DNA from: an uncultured Trueperaceae bacterium
GTDB taxonomy: Bacteria; Deinococcota; Deinococci; Deinococcales; Trueperaceae
Direction of reading: 5' to 3'
Assembly: GCA_963815215.1 (NCBI GenBank)
Contig: CAWFFU010000003.1
Coordinates: forward strand, 544,001 to 608,000
Length of the DNA: 64,000 nt
Below the pieces are notes generated by a model. That model ran no database searches. It had not been told where the DNA came from and was given only the letters and a program-made list of their open reading frames with translations. Below are positions 43,920 to 52,499 of this stretch, piece by piece. A program made the translations under genes and the position numbers. Positions within the stretch are counted from its first letter, which is position 1; each line of letters begins with the position of its first letter.

Positions 43920-45305
43920 TCAAGGTTGACGGAACACCGAGCGCTCCGCGCCCAGGCGGAGCGGTAGCCGCAGCGTGGCGTTGCCGCGCTCGACCGTGAG
44001 CGTCACGGTCTCGCCGATGCTCTTCTTCCGCACCAGCGCCTGGAGATCGTAGAACGTGGGTGTCGGGGTGCCGTCGAGCGCGGTGATGACGTCGGCGCGC
44101 GGGATCGTGGCGACCTGTCCGTCCCGCCCCACGGTGCGGTCCTCGGTGTAGCCACGCAGGCCCGCCTCGGCCGCCGGGCCGCCCGGCTCCACCTGCCACA
44201 CGATCACGCCGGGGCGCGGGCCCAGGTAGGCCGCGCTCGAGCGCGGATCGTAGTCGAACCCGGGCCGCCAGGTGAACCCCACGACCGGCACATCACGCCG
44301 TTCCCCCGCCTCGAGCCTCGCCACCAGGTCGCTCCCCCCCACCGGTACCGCGTAGGAAGCGTAACCGTGCGGTAGCGGCACGCCCCGCAGGAAGGGCGGC
44401 ACGTACTGGCTCGAGGCCATGGCGCTCGGATCGAAGCTGATGTAGCTCACCACCCCGACCGCTCGACCCGCCGCGTCCACCACCGGACCGCCCGAATCTC
44501 CGGGAGCCAGGGAGGTGGTCAGCTCGATGGTGTTGTCGGCGAAGTCCGGCCGTCCGGCGTGGACGCCCAGACGCGTCACCTCGCCGGCGCGTGCCTGCAG
44601 GAACTGGTCGCGGCTGTTACCGATCGCGACGACCTGGGTCCCGGGCCGGGGCAGCTGCGGCGCCAGCGCGATCGTGGGAACGGCGCGCCGCACCTTCGCC
44701 TGCAGGACCGCGAGGTCGTGGTAGGCGTCGAAACCCACCATCGTCAAGGGCACATCGAGACGTTCGGGCGTCACCCCGACGTAGTGCACCGGGCAGGGGG
44801 CGCCTTGCTGGCTGGCGTCGACCACGTGATAGGCGGTGAGCACCAGACCGTCCTCGCGGATGAAGAATCCGGTCCCGATGCCGATCGGCTCGTTGCCGTA
44901 GCGCGGACCGCAGCGGGCCTCGATACGAAGGCTGGCCTCGCGCGCGCTCCGGAAGGCGCTCTCGAGTTGCCCGGTGGGCTGCACCACCGGCGGCAGGGTC
45001 TGCGCCACGCGCCGGACCTGAGGTGCGCGCCCCAGCGTTCCGCCGAACGCCGCGACCACCACCAGCACCGCCGCGAGGAGCAGGGTGAGGACGCGGACGG
45101 ACGGTCGACGGACCGGGCCTGCCGCGTCCGGGCCCACCGGCTCCGCACCGCCAGCGGGCGCGGCGGGCCCATCGAGGGCGGCCGGAGGAAGGCCGGCGGC
45201 ATCGCCGGAGGCGGCGCGCCCGCCCGGGCCTTCGCCGGGACCGATGCGCCCCGACGCGGGGGACCGCTCCGGCGGCGAACCCGCGACGTCGTCGTCTTGG
45301 TCCAT
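43920..45305 (-). CDS. Membrane-anchored trypsin-like (S1C/HtrA-like) serine protease with PDZ domain
   Basis: TM segment, 'GTGFF', 'TAYHV', 'DLAVL', 'PGDSGGP', C-terminal 'PGGPAAEAGL..DVITALDG'. Confidence 0.9.
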   Translation of the reverse strand: MDQDDDVAGSPPERSPASGRIGPGEGPGGRAASGDAAGLPPAALDGPAAPAGGAEPVGPDAAGPVRRPSVRVLTLLLAAVLVVVAAFGGTLGRAPQVRRVAQTLPPVVQPTGQLESAFRSAREASLRIEARCGPRYGNEPIGIGTGFFIREDGLVLTAYHVVDASQQGAPCPVHYVGVTPERLDVPLTMVGFDAYHDLAVLQAKVRRAVPTIALAPQLPRPGTQVVAIGNSRDQFLQARAGEVTRLGVHAGRPDFADNTIELTTSLAPGDSGGPVVDAAGRAVGVVSYISFDPSAMASSQYVPPFLRGVPLPHGYASYAVPVGGSDLVARLEAGERRDVPVVGFTWRPGFDYDPRSSAAYLGPRPGVIVWQVEPGGPAAEAGLRGYTEDRTVGRDGQVATIPRADVITALDGTPTPTFYDLQALVRKKSIGETVTLTVERGNATLRLPLRLGAERSVFRQP

Positions 45306-45475
45306 GACGCTATTATGCCCAGCCGGCCCGTCGCGGAGCGCCGAGCGTACGACAGAGCGCCGTGGGCGACGCCGTCGCGGACGCCTCGGTGGGGGTATCG
45401 GCCCCGTCGCCGGGGCGCGGCCCCATCGGCGACGCCGTCGCGGAGCACCGACGGCCGGGCGGTATCATGGCCCGC

Positions 45476-46501
45476 ATGGATCGAGCACCTCACGGCGTCG
45501 CGGCCGAACCGGCCGGCGAACCCGACTACCACAGCCGGCTCCTCGAGATCGGGGGCGTGCTGCGCGACTGGCGCGGGCCCATCGTCATCGTCAGCCACGT
45601 CGACCCCGACGGTGATGCCTTCGGCAGCAGCCTGGCCCTGAAGCGCGCCTTGGAGCGTCTGGGGAAGCGCGTCACGCTGCCCCTCGAGCCTCCGAGCTTC
45701 CTCACCTTCCTGGCTGAGGACGGAGAGCTCAGCCCGCCCCTCGCGGCGCTGCCGGAGCGCTGCCTGCTTCTCGTGCTCGACGTCGCCGACCGCTCGCGGG
45801 CCACCGGAGCGCCACTGGTCGGCGCGGACCGCCTGATCAACATCGATCACCACGGCACCAACGACCACTTCGGCGACCTCGCCCTGGTCGAGCCCGATAA
45901 GGCGGCGACGGCGCTGATGGTGAAGGACCTGCTCGACACCATGGGCTTCCCCTGGACGGTCGAGGTGGCCACGCCCTGCCTCACCGGCATGCTGACCGAC
46001 ACGGGTAACTTCCGTCACGGCAACACCGACCGCTCGGTGTTGGAAGCGGCGGGCGCGCTCATCGACGTCGGTGTGCCCTACGCCGAGCTGACCGACCGGC
46101 TGCAGTGGCGCCACCCCGACTACTTCAAGATGCTGGGCGAGGTGATGGGCACCGTCGCCTTCCACCTCGACGGGCGCCTGGTCACCGCTCGCCTGACCCG
46201 CGCGATGCGCGATCGCATCGGCGAGAGCGACGACGACTCCGACGATTTCGTGGGGTTGATCCGCTACGCGGAGGGAACGCTGGTGGCGGTCCTGCTCAAG
46301 GAGCGTGACGGAGGCGTCAAGCTCAGCGTGCGCAGCCGCGGTGGCGTGTCGGCGCAGGCCATCTGTCGCGAACTCGGCGGCGGCGGCCACCACGCCGCCG
46401 CGGGAGCGACCGTCCACGGGGACATGGACGAGGCGCTGCGGCAGCTGACCGATGCCACCCGGCACGAGCTCGAGCGCTGGGGGGCCGCGGCGAACGCCTG
46501 A
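45476..46501 (+). CDS. DHH/DHHA1 phosphoesterase (NrnA-like)
   Basis: 'HVDPDGDA', 'IDHH', 'DTGNF', 'GGGGHHAAAG'; TATCAT lies 7 nt before ATG 45476. Confidence 0.92.
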   Translation: MDRAPHGVAAEPAGEPDYHSRLLEIGGVLRDWRGPIVIVSHVDPDGDAFGSSLALKRALERLGKRVTLPLEPPSFLTFLAEDGELSPPLAALPERCLLLVLDVADRSRATGAPLVGADRLINIDHHGTNDHFGDLALVEPDKAATALMVKDLLDTMGFPWTVEVATPCLTGMLTDTGNFRHGNTDRSVLEAAGALIDVGVPYAELTDRLQWRHPDYFKMLGEVMGTVAFHLDGRLVTARLTRAMRDRIGESDDDSDDFVGLIRYAEGTLVAVLLKERDGGVKLSVRSRGGVSAQAICRELGGGGHHAAAGATVHGDMDEALRQLTDATRHELERWGAAANA

Positions 46502-46505
46502 ACAC

Positions 46506-46546
46506 GGCTGGGCTTCGCGGCTCGGCTTCGCGGCTCGGCTGGGCTC
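46506..46546. repeat. Short intergenic tandem repeat
   Basis: ggcttcgcggctc x2, flanked by ggctgggct units, between convergent genes. Confidence 0.5.
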
Positions 46547-47423
46547 AGCGGGCCGCCGCGTACCCGTCGGCGATGGAAGCCGCGTCCGCCGCCAGGTCTG
46601 GAAGCGCCTCGAGGACCACCCCGGCGTCGCGGCCCCGGGCGGCGAGCCACGGGAGCACGTGTTCGGTGGGCAAGTTGCCGACCAGCGCGTCGCCGGCGAA
46701 GGGACAGCCGCCGACGCCGGACAGGGCCCCCTCGAACCAACGGATCCCCGCCGCCACGCCCGCAGCGATCAACGGCTGCCAGCCATCGGAACGCGCATGG
46801 AGGTGCAGGCCGAGCTCGGGGACGCGCTCGACGACAGACAGCACGCTCGACACCGTTGCGCCGTCGGCGCGCCCCACGGTGTCGGCCAGCGCGATCCGAC
46901 GCACGCCGAGATCGCGCGCGCGCGCCACGGCCTCGGCCGTATCGGCAGGGCGCCACGGATCGCCGTAGGGATTGCCGAAGCCCATCGACAGGTAGAGCAC
47001 CAGCTCGAGGCCGTGCCCGGCGCTGGACTCGACCAGCTGCTCGACCAGCTCCCAGGACGACGCCAGCGACCGGCCCAGGTTGCGCCGCTGGAAAGTCTCG
47101 TTCACCGAGAGCGGGAACCCCACGCTGCTCACCCCCGTCGCCTCGGCGGCGCGCTCCAAACCGCGCTCGTTGCCGACGATGCACAGGAAGTCAACGCCGG
47201 CAGGGCGGTCGAGCCCGGCCAGCACCGCTTCGGTGTCGGCGAGCTGGGGCACCGCCCGAGGCGACACGAAGGAGCCGAGGTCGAGGTGCCGGAAGCCGGC
47301 CTGCAACAGCGCGCGCAGGTGCGCGCGCTTGCGCTCGGCGGGGATGTGACGTGCCAACCCCTGCCAGGCGTCCCTCGGGCACTCCACCCAGGTGAGCGTT
47401 CCGGGACCCCTTCCGTCGGGCAT
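46545..47423 (-). CDS. Hydroxymethylglutaryl-CoA lyase
   Basis: 'ECPRDAWQG', 'SFVSPRAVPQLAD', 'LADTVG', 'HLH', 'GGCPFA', 'GNLPTE'. Confidence 0.9.
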   Translation of the reverse strand: MPDGRGPGTLTWVECPRDAWQGLARHIPAERKRAHLRALLQAGFRHLDLGSFVSPRAVPQLADTEAVLAGLDRPAGVDFLCIVGNERGLERAAEATGVSSVGFPLSVNETFQRRNLGRSLASSWELVEQLVESSAGHGLELVLYLSMGFGNPYGDPWRPADTAEAVARARDLGVRRIALADTVGRADGATVSSVLSVVERVPELGLHLHARSDGWQPLIAAGVAAGIRWFEGALSGVGGCPFAGDALVGNLPTEHVLPWLAARGRDAGVVLEALPDLAADAASIADGYAAAR

Positions 47424-47559
47424 GTCCGGAGTCTAGCGCGAGCTCCCGCAGGCGCGCGCGCAACGCCGCGTGGGCGGCGCGTCTGCGGAGTGCGCGGCGA
47501 CCTTGGCGGCTGCCGGCCGGCGGGGGCCGCGCCCGGCCACCGGCCCTATACTGGACGCC

Positions 47560-49236
47560 GTGCTGCGGACCCTGGAGCTGCGCGATTTCGCGATCGTCGA
47601 CGCGCTCGCCCTCGAGCTCGAGCCGGGCTTCAACGCCCTGACGGGCGAGACCGGAGCGGGCAAGTCGATCCTGATCGACGCCCTGTCGCTGCTGACGGGG
47701 GGCCGAGCCGACAGCGCGCTCATCCGCGCCGAGCGGGACGCCGCGCTGGTGCTGGGTCTGTTCGAGGACGCTCCCTTCGAGAGCGCCTCGCGACGCCTCA
47801 GCCGCAACGGGCGGCACAGCGCCCGCATCGACGGCGAGGTCGTCACCGTCTCCGAGCTCGTGGAGCGAAGCGCGGAGCTGGTGGCCATCTTCGGCCAGCA
47901 CGGCGCGACCGAGCTCATGCGATCGGGGGCGCAACGCCGGCAGCTCGACCGCATGCTGGGCCCCGACGCCGCCGACGAGTTGCAGCGCTACCACCAGGCC
48001 TTCCGTCGCTACCGCGAAGTCACGGCCGGTCTGAGCGAGCTGCGCGAGGCCGCCCGTGATCGCGCGCGCCGGCTCGACATGCTCGCCTTCCAGATCGGCG
48101 AGATCGATGCGGCCGAACTGACCCCCGGCGAGGAGACGCGCCTCGAGGCCGAGGTCGAGCGGCTGCGGCACGCCGAGCGCATCGCGCTGTCCGCGTCGCA
48201 CGCCTTCTCCGCGCTCGCCGATGCCGAGCCGAACGCGGTCGAGCGGGCGGCCGAGGGTCTGCGCGAGCTGCGTACCGCGGCGCGCCACGATGCCCGTCTG
48301 GAGGCGCTGGTCGCCGACCTCGAACAGGCAGCCACCGCGCTGCAAGCCGTCGCCGACGAGGTGGGGAGCTTCCTGTCGGACTTCCAAGCCGATCCCGCGC
48401 GCCTCGACGCGGCTCAGGGGCGGCTGGCTGCCATCGAGGCCTTACGCCGCAAGTACGGCGCCAGCGTGGCCGACGTGCTCGACTTCCGGGATGGGGCCGC
48501 ACACGAGCGCGAGCGGCTCGAGCACGTGGAGGCCGACACGCGGGCGCTCGAGCAGGAGGCGGCACAACTGCGCGAGCGGCTCGCGGCGTCCGCGGGGACG
48601 CTCACGGCCGCCCGGCAGCGTGCGGCCGACGAGCTGTCGAGCGAGCTCCTTCCGCTGCTGGCCGAGCTCGGCATGGACCGGGCCCGTTTCGAAGTCGAGC
48701 TGGAGACGACCGAGGATCTCGGGCCGCACGGGCGCGATGGGGTGCGCTTCCGATTCGTGGCGCACCCCGGCGAGCCGCCCGCGCCGCTGTCCGAGGTAGC
48801 GTCGGGCGGCGAGCTGTCGCGCGTGATGCTCGCGCTCAACCTGGTCACCGGCAGCGAGCTGCCGGTGCTCGCCTTCGACGAGATCGACGCCGGCATCGGC
48901 GGGCGCACCGCGCGGGCCGTCGGCGCCCTGCTCAAGCGTCTGTCCCAACGGCACCAGGTGCTCGTCGTCACCCACCTCCCCCAGGTGGCCGCTTTCGCCG
49001 ACGCCCAGTACGCGGTCACCAAGGAGGAGCTGAGCGGCCGCACGGTCACGCGGGTCGCCCGCCTGGACCGCCCGTCACGGCTCGAGGAGCTGGCGCGGAT
49101 GCTCTCCGGTCGCGTGACGGAGGCGTCTGTGCACCACGCCGAGGAGCTCCTCGAGCAGGCCGACGCTGCACCGCGCGAACCCGGCGAGGTCCCCGCCGAG
49201 TCCGGCGGAACCCGTTCGGGACGCACGCGCAGCTGA
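47560..49236 (+). CDS. recN: DNA repair protein RecN
   Basis: 'LTGETGAGKSILIDAL', 'ASGGELSRVMLAL', 'FDEIDAGIGG', 'THLPQVAA'; TATACT lies 7 nt before the GTG. Confidence 0.97.
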   Translation: MLRTLELRDFAIVDALALELEPGFNALTGETGAGKSILIDALSLLTGGRADSALIRAERDAALVLGLFEDAPFESASRRLSRNGRHSARIDGEVVTVSELVERSAELVAIFGQHGATELMRSGAQRRQLDRMLGPDAADELQRYHQAFRRYREVTAGLSELREAARDRARRLDMLAFQIGEIDAAELTPGEETRLEAEVERLRHAERIALSASHAFSALADAEPNAVERAAEGLRELRTAARHDARLEALVADLEQAATALQAVADEVGSFLSDFQADPARLDAAQGRLAAIEALRRKYGASVADVLDFRDGAAHERERLEHVEADTRALEQEAAQLRERLAASAGTLTAARQRAADELSSELLPLLAELGMDRARFEVELETTEDLGPHGRDGVRFRFVAHPGEPPAPLSEVASGGELSRVMLALNLVTGSELPVLAFDEIDAGIGGRTARAVGALLKRLSQRHQVLVVTHLPQVAAFADAQYAVTKEELSGRTVTRVARLDRPSRLEELARMLSGRVTEASVHHAEELLEQADAAPREPGEVPAESGGTRSGRTRS

Positions 49237-49299
49237 TGTTCCCCGGCGCGCCCACAGCCGCCTGGAGAGTGCGCTAGACTGGCGCAAGGAGCTGGTCTG

Positions 49300-49530
49300 G
49301 TGGACGCAGAAGGTCGACGCGAACACTCTCCCTGCCCGGAATGCGGGAGCCGGGACACCATCACCTATCACTACGTGGAAGGGTTCAGCGAACTCGAGTG
49401 CCGGGCGTGCGGCTACCGCTCCGACGCCGAGGAGCTCAGCGCGCTGCAACGCTACACCGGTGACCTGCTCGAGTCCCCCGGCGCCGAGGCCGATCTGCCC
49501 CAGGTTCCGATGTCCCCGATCAAGGCATGA
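49300..49530 (+). CDS. Small putative zinc-ribbon protein
   Basis: AAGGAG RBS; two CxxC motifs ('CPEC', 'CRAC') in 76 aa. Confidence 0.7.
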   Translation: MDAEGRREHSPCPECGSRDTITYHYVEGFSELECRACGYRSDAEELSALQRYTGDLLESPGAEADLPQVPMSPIKA

Positions 49531-49691
49531 AGCACGATGAATGACGCGCGCCCGCACCCGCCGCAACGCCGGCCGTGCGTGCGGGCGGCGGGACGCTTGA
49601 TGGGCTCCAACACGACGACCAACCGGCAACCTCGGCCCGCACGGCCGCGGCGCGTCGCTCTGTGGCGCTTCGGCGCCCGAAGGGAGAGACT

Positions 49692-50072
49692 ATGGACGTC
49701 AAGGTGGTTCTCAGCTCGGACGAGATCATCAGGGGGCTGAAGCACTATCGGCGCATCGCCAAGCAGGACCTCCTGCGCTCGGCCGAGACCGACAACCCCG
49801 ACGCCTTCCGCCGCCACGCCGAAGCGCGCAGAACGGTCTATGCCCACCTGACCGAGATCGCCCAGACTCAGAGCCCGTCGGACGTCGTGTTGGAGGCCCT
49901 GCGCCGCTACCAGGAGCTCCCCTTCGTCACCGGCACCGATGACGGCACCTTCACCGAGATCAAGGGCGAGGAGAACGCCCTGGAGAACTTCTTCCTGATG
50001 ATCGGGCTCGAGCCCAAGGTGCGGCGCGAGGTCCGTAGCCAGCGCCCGCCCATGAGCTCTCCGGCGAACTGA
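49692..50072 (+). CDS. Hypothetical protein (126 aa)
   Basis: AGGGAG RBS precedes ATG 49692; strong coding-like codon bias. Confidence 0.8.
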   Translation: MDVKVVLSSDEIIRGLKHYRRIAKQDLLRSAETDNPDAFRRHAEARRTVYAHLTEIAQTQSPSDVVLEALRRYQELPFVTGTDDGTFTEIKGEENALENFFLMIGLEPKVRREVRSQRPPMSSPAN

Positions 50073-50137
50073 GCCGCGGCTCATCGGTCCCCGCCGAGGG
50101 TCCAGAGCACGTGCCACGCGCGTGTTATGACTAGTCC

Positions 50138-50752
50138 GTGACGCTGGACGAGTTGGAACGACAGGCGCTGGAACGGCCCGCGGCGCTGCACGAGCTCTCG
50201 AGCCGCCTGGTCTTCGGTGAAGGTCATCCCGATTCCCGCCTGATGTTGATCGGGGAGGCGCCGGGCGAGGAGGAGGACCAGTCTGGACGCCCGTTCGTGG
50301 GGCGCGCCGGGCAGTTGCTCGACCGCGTGCTCGCATCGGTGGGGCTGCACCGGGACGACCTCTACATCACCAACATGGTGAAGTATCGTCCCCCCGGGAA
50401 TCGCAATCCGCGGCCCGAGGAGATCGCCGCCAGCGAGCCGGTGCTACTTGCCCAGATCAGACTCATCCGGCCGCAGATCATCGGAACGCTGGGCAACGTT
50501 CCCAGCCAGTACTTCCTCGGCTCCAAGGACGGCATCACCCGCACGCACGGTCAGTGGTTCGACTGGCACGGAATCCGCATCTTCCCCTTGTTCCACCCCG
50601 CCTACCTGCTGCGCAACCCGAGCCGCGAACGCGGCGGACCCAAGTGGCTGACCTGGCAGGACATGCAGGAGCTGGTGCGGGTGTTGGACGGCCTTCCGCC
50701 GAAGGGGCCGGTCGCCCCGATCGATACCGCCCAACAGGAGGGGCTGTTCTGA
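50138..50752 (+). CDS. Uracil-DNA glycosylase, family 4-like (no cysteines)
   Basis: 'GEAPG..ED..GRPFVGRAG', 'YITNMVKYRPPGNR', 'HPAYLLR'. Confidence 0.92.
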   Translation: MTLDELERQALERPAALHELSSRLVFGEGHPDSRLMLIGEAPGEEEDQSGRPFVGRAGQLLDRVLASVGLHRDDLYITNMVKYRPPGNRNPRPEEIAASEPVLLAQIRLIRPQIIGTLGNVPSQYFLGSKDGITRTHGQWFDWHGIRIFPLFHPAYLLRNPSRERGGPKWLTWQDMQELVRVLDGLPPKGPVAPIDTAQQEGLF

Positions 50753-51105
50753 GTACCCCCGATCCGCGCTTCATGGGCCTGCTGCACGCGCTCCGCTCGT
50801 CGGCCGAGGTGGCGCTCGGGGATGACGACACCCCGCTGCGCGCGCACGCGGCGCGTGACGGCGTGCGCGGCCTGGCAGCAGCGGAACGCAGCCTGGGGCT
50901 ACTGGAGATGCTCCAGCTCAAGACCGCCGGCAACCTCGGCGAGACCGAACGCGATGCCCTGTGGACCGCGCTGCGCGCGCTGCGCGCCAGGGTCGACCGG
51001 GCCCGGCGTCGACTCGATCCCGAGGGCGACGACACGACCCGGAGCGGCACCCTGTTGCCCATGGCGCCGCTCGACGAGGGCGAGCCCGGTGGCGGCAGCC
51101 CGTGA
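50749..51105 (+). CDS. DUF1844-like hypothetical protein (start uncertain: CTG 50749 or ATG 50773)
   Basis: 'AEVALG..LLEMLQLKTAGNL..ERDAL' resembles DUF1844; overlaps both the udg stop and the dtd start. Confidence 0.65.
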   Translation: MSTPDPRFMGLLHALRSSAEVALGDDDTPLRAHAARDGVRGLAAAERSLGLLEMLQLKTAGNLGETERDALWTALRALRARVDRARRRLDPEGDDTTRSGTLLPMAPLDEGEPGGGSP

Positions 51106-51554
51106 GGGCGCTGGTGCAACGGGTGAGCCGGGCATCGGTCAGCGTCGACGGGGAGGTGGTGGGGGCCACCGACAACGGGCTGCTCGTCCTGCTGGGGGTA
51201 GGCCCTCTCGATGACGAGGCGGTGGCCGACAAGCTCGCCGACAAGGTCCGCAAGCTACGCGTGTTCGAAGACGACCGCGGCCTCATGAACCGTTCGGTGC
51301 AGGACGTGGGCGGAGGCTGCCTGGTCGTCAGCCAGTTCACCCTGTACGGCGACGTCAGGAGCGGCAACCGCCCGGGCTTCAGCAACGCGGCTCCCCCCGA
51401 GCGCGCCGACCGCCTCTACCGACGCTTCGTCGCCGCACTCGACGGAGCGGGCGTGCCGGTGGCCACGGGCCGCTTCGGCGAGCTGATGGAGGTGGATCTC
51501 CTCAATCGCGGGCCGGTGACCCTGTGGCTCGACAGCGAGGAACTCTTCGGCTAG
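51102..51554 (+). CDS. dtd: D-aminoacyl-tRNA deacylase
   Basis: 'RALVQRV', 'SQFTL', 'N.GPVT'. Confidence 0.96.
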   Translation: MRALVQRVSRASVSVDGEVVGATDNGLLVLLGVGPLDDEAVADKLADKVRKLRVFEDDRGLMNRSVQDVGGGCLVVSQFTLYGDVRSGNRPGFSNAAPPERADRLYRRFVAALDGAGVPVATGRFGELMEVDLLNRGPVTLWLDSEELFG

Positions 51555-51623
51555 GGCCGGAGTCGGCGGCCACCGGCGGACGCACCGGTGGCCGCCAGGG
51601 CCCCGACCCCCTGCTCGCGCACG

Positions 51624-51655
51624 CGCCGGGGGCGGCCGCTCGGCCGCCCCCGGCG
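51624..51655. terminator. GC-rich stem-loop between convergent dtd and spondin genes
   Basis: cgccgggggcggcc-gctc-ggccgcccccggcg, a 14-bp stem. Confidence 0.6.
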
Positions 51656-51669
51656 TCTCGACAACGGAT

Positions 51670-52482
51670 TCAGGGCGTGGACACACGCACCGTCGCCACC
51701 GGATCGTGCCAGCCGTACACGGCGGGGTCGAGGTCGCCGGACCCGGTGAGTCCCTTGTGGAGCGTCACCATCCCTTCGGCCATCGAGGTGTGACGCACAC
51801 CCACGCTGTTGCAGGGCGGTCCGGGGACGTCGCTGCAGGACTCGGTGTTCGCTTCGCTGCCGGCGTCCAGGACCCGCACCGTGCCGTCGTACAGGTCGAT
51901 GGGCTCGCTCATCGTGGCGCCCATGGCATCCGATGAACCCATGCTGTCCGATGATCCCATGCCGTCGGAGGAGGCCATGCTGTCCGACGAAGCCATCGCG
52001 TCGGAGCCGGCGGCCATGGCCGAGCCGCCGGCGTCCCCAGACATCGACAGGTCGTTGCCGTAGTAGAAGACCGCATCGTTGGTCGTTACCAGCATGCCGA
52101 ACGCCGAGAGCAACAGGTGCCGGTCGTCCACGTGCACCTGCAGCGTCACGCTCTGCCCGGGCGCCAGCGGGGCCTTGGCGACGGCGTAATCCAGGATCGA
52201 CGACTCGACCTTGGCGACGGTCTCGAAGTCGTGCGTCATGCCGTCCTCGGCCAGCGGGATCAGCTCCGGCAACACCGGCTTGCCCAGAGCGAAAGGCCGG
52301 TAGCTGGCATCGTGCGCCAACAGCACCGGCGCGCTGAACGTCTGGTGTGCACTGGTGTTGGTGATGGTGACCGAAACGGTGCGCCCAGCCATCGTCATCG
52401 AGTCCTGCGCCGACGCCACTCCCCACGCGGCGACGACCAGGCCGATCCACAGTCCGAACCATACTCTCCTCAAGGCTCTCAC
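51670..52482 (-). CDS. Secreted spondin_N-domain protein with Met-rich repeat insert
   Basis: Signal peptide; 'VTITN..QTFSAPVL', 'LAEDG', 'MLVTTNDA', 'DAGSEANTE'; TTG 52473 is an alternative start. Confidence 0.8.
   Translation of the reverse strand: MRALRRVWFGLWIGLVVAAWGVASAQDSMTMAGRTVSVTITNTSAHQTFSAPVLLAHDASYRPFALGKPVLPELIPLAEDGMTHDFETVAKVESSILDYAVAKAPLAPGQSVTLQVHVDDRHLLLSAFGMLVTTNDAVFYYGNDLSMSGDAGGSAMAAGSDAMASSDSMASSDGMGSSDSMGSSDAMGATMSEPIDLYDGTVRVLDAGSEANTESCSDVPGPPCNSVGVRHTSMAEGMVTLHKGLTGSGDLDPAVYGWHDPVATVRVSTP
51910..52044 (-). repeat. Degenerate 18-bp in-frame repeats encoding M(A/G)SSD(S/G/A)
   Basis: 'SMSGDAGGSAMAAGSDAMASSDSMASSDGMGSSDSMGSSDAMGATMSE'. Confidence 0.8.
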
Positions 52483-52499
52483 CCCTTTCGAGCTCGAGC

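Noticed and set aside
43743..45305. Possible tRNA-anchored genomic island
   Set aside because: No integrase, no duplicated tRNA 3' end seen, and the flanking genes look like core genes.
46506..46546. Short repeats as a possible CRISPR array
   Set aside because: Units are only 9-13 bp, there are no unique spacers, and no cas genes are present.
51910..52044. Periodic DNA repeats as a possible non-coding array
   Set aside because: They are in-frame, synonymously degenerate coding repeats inside the spondin gene.
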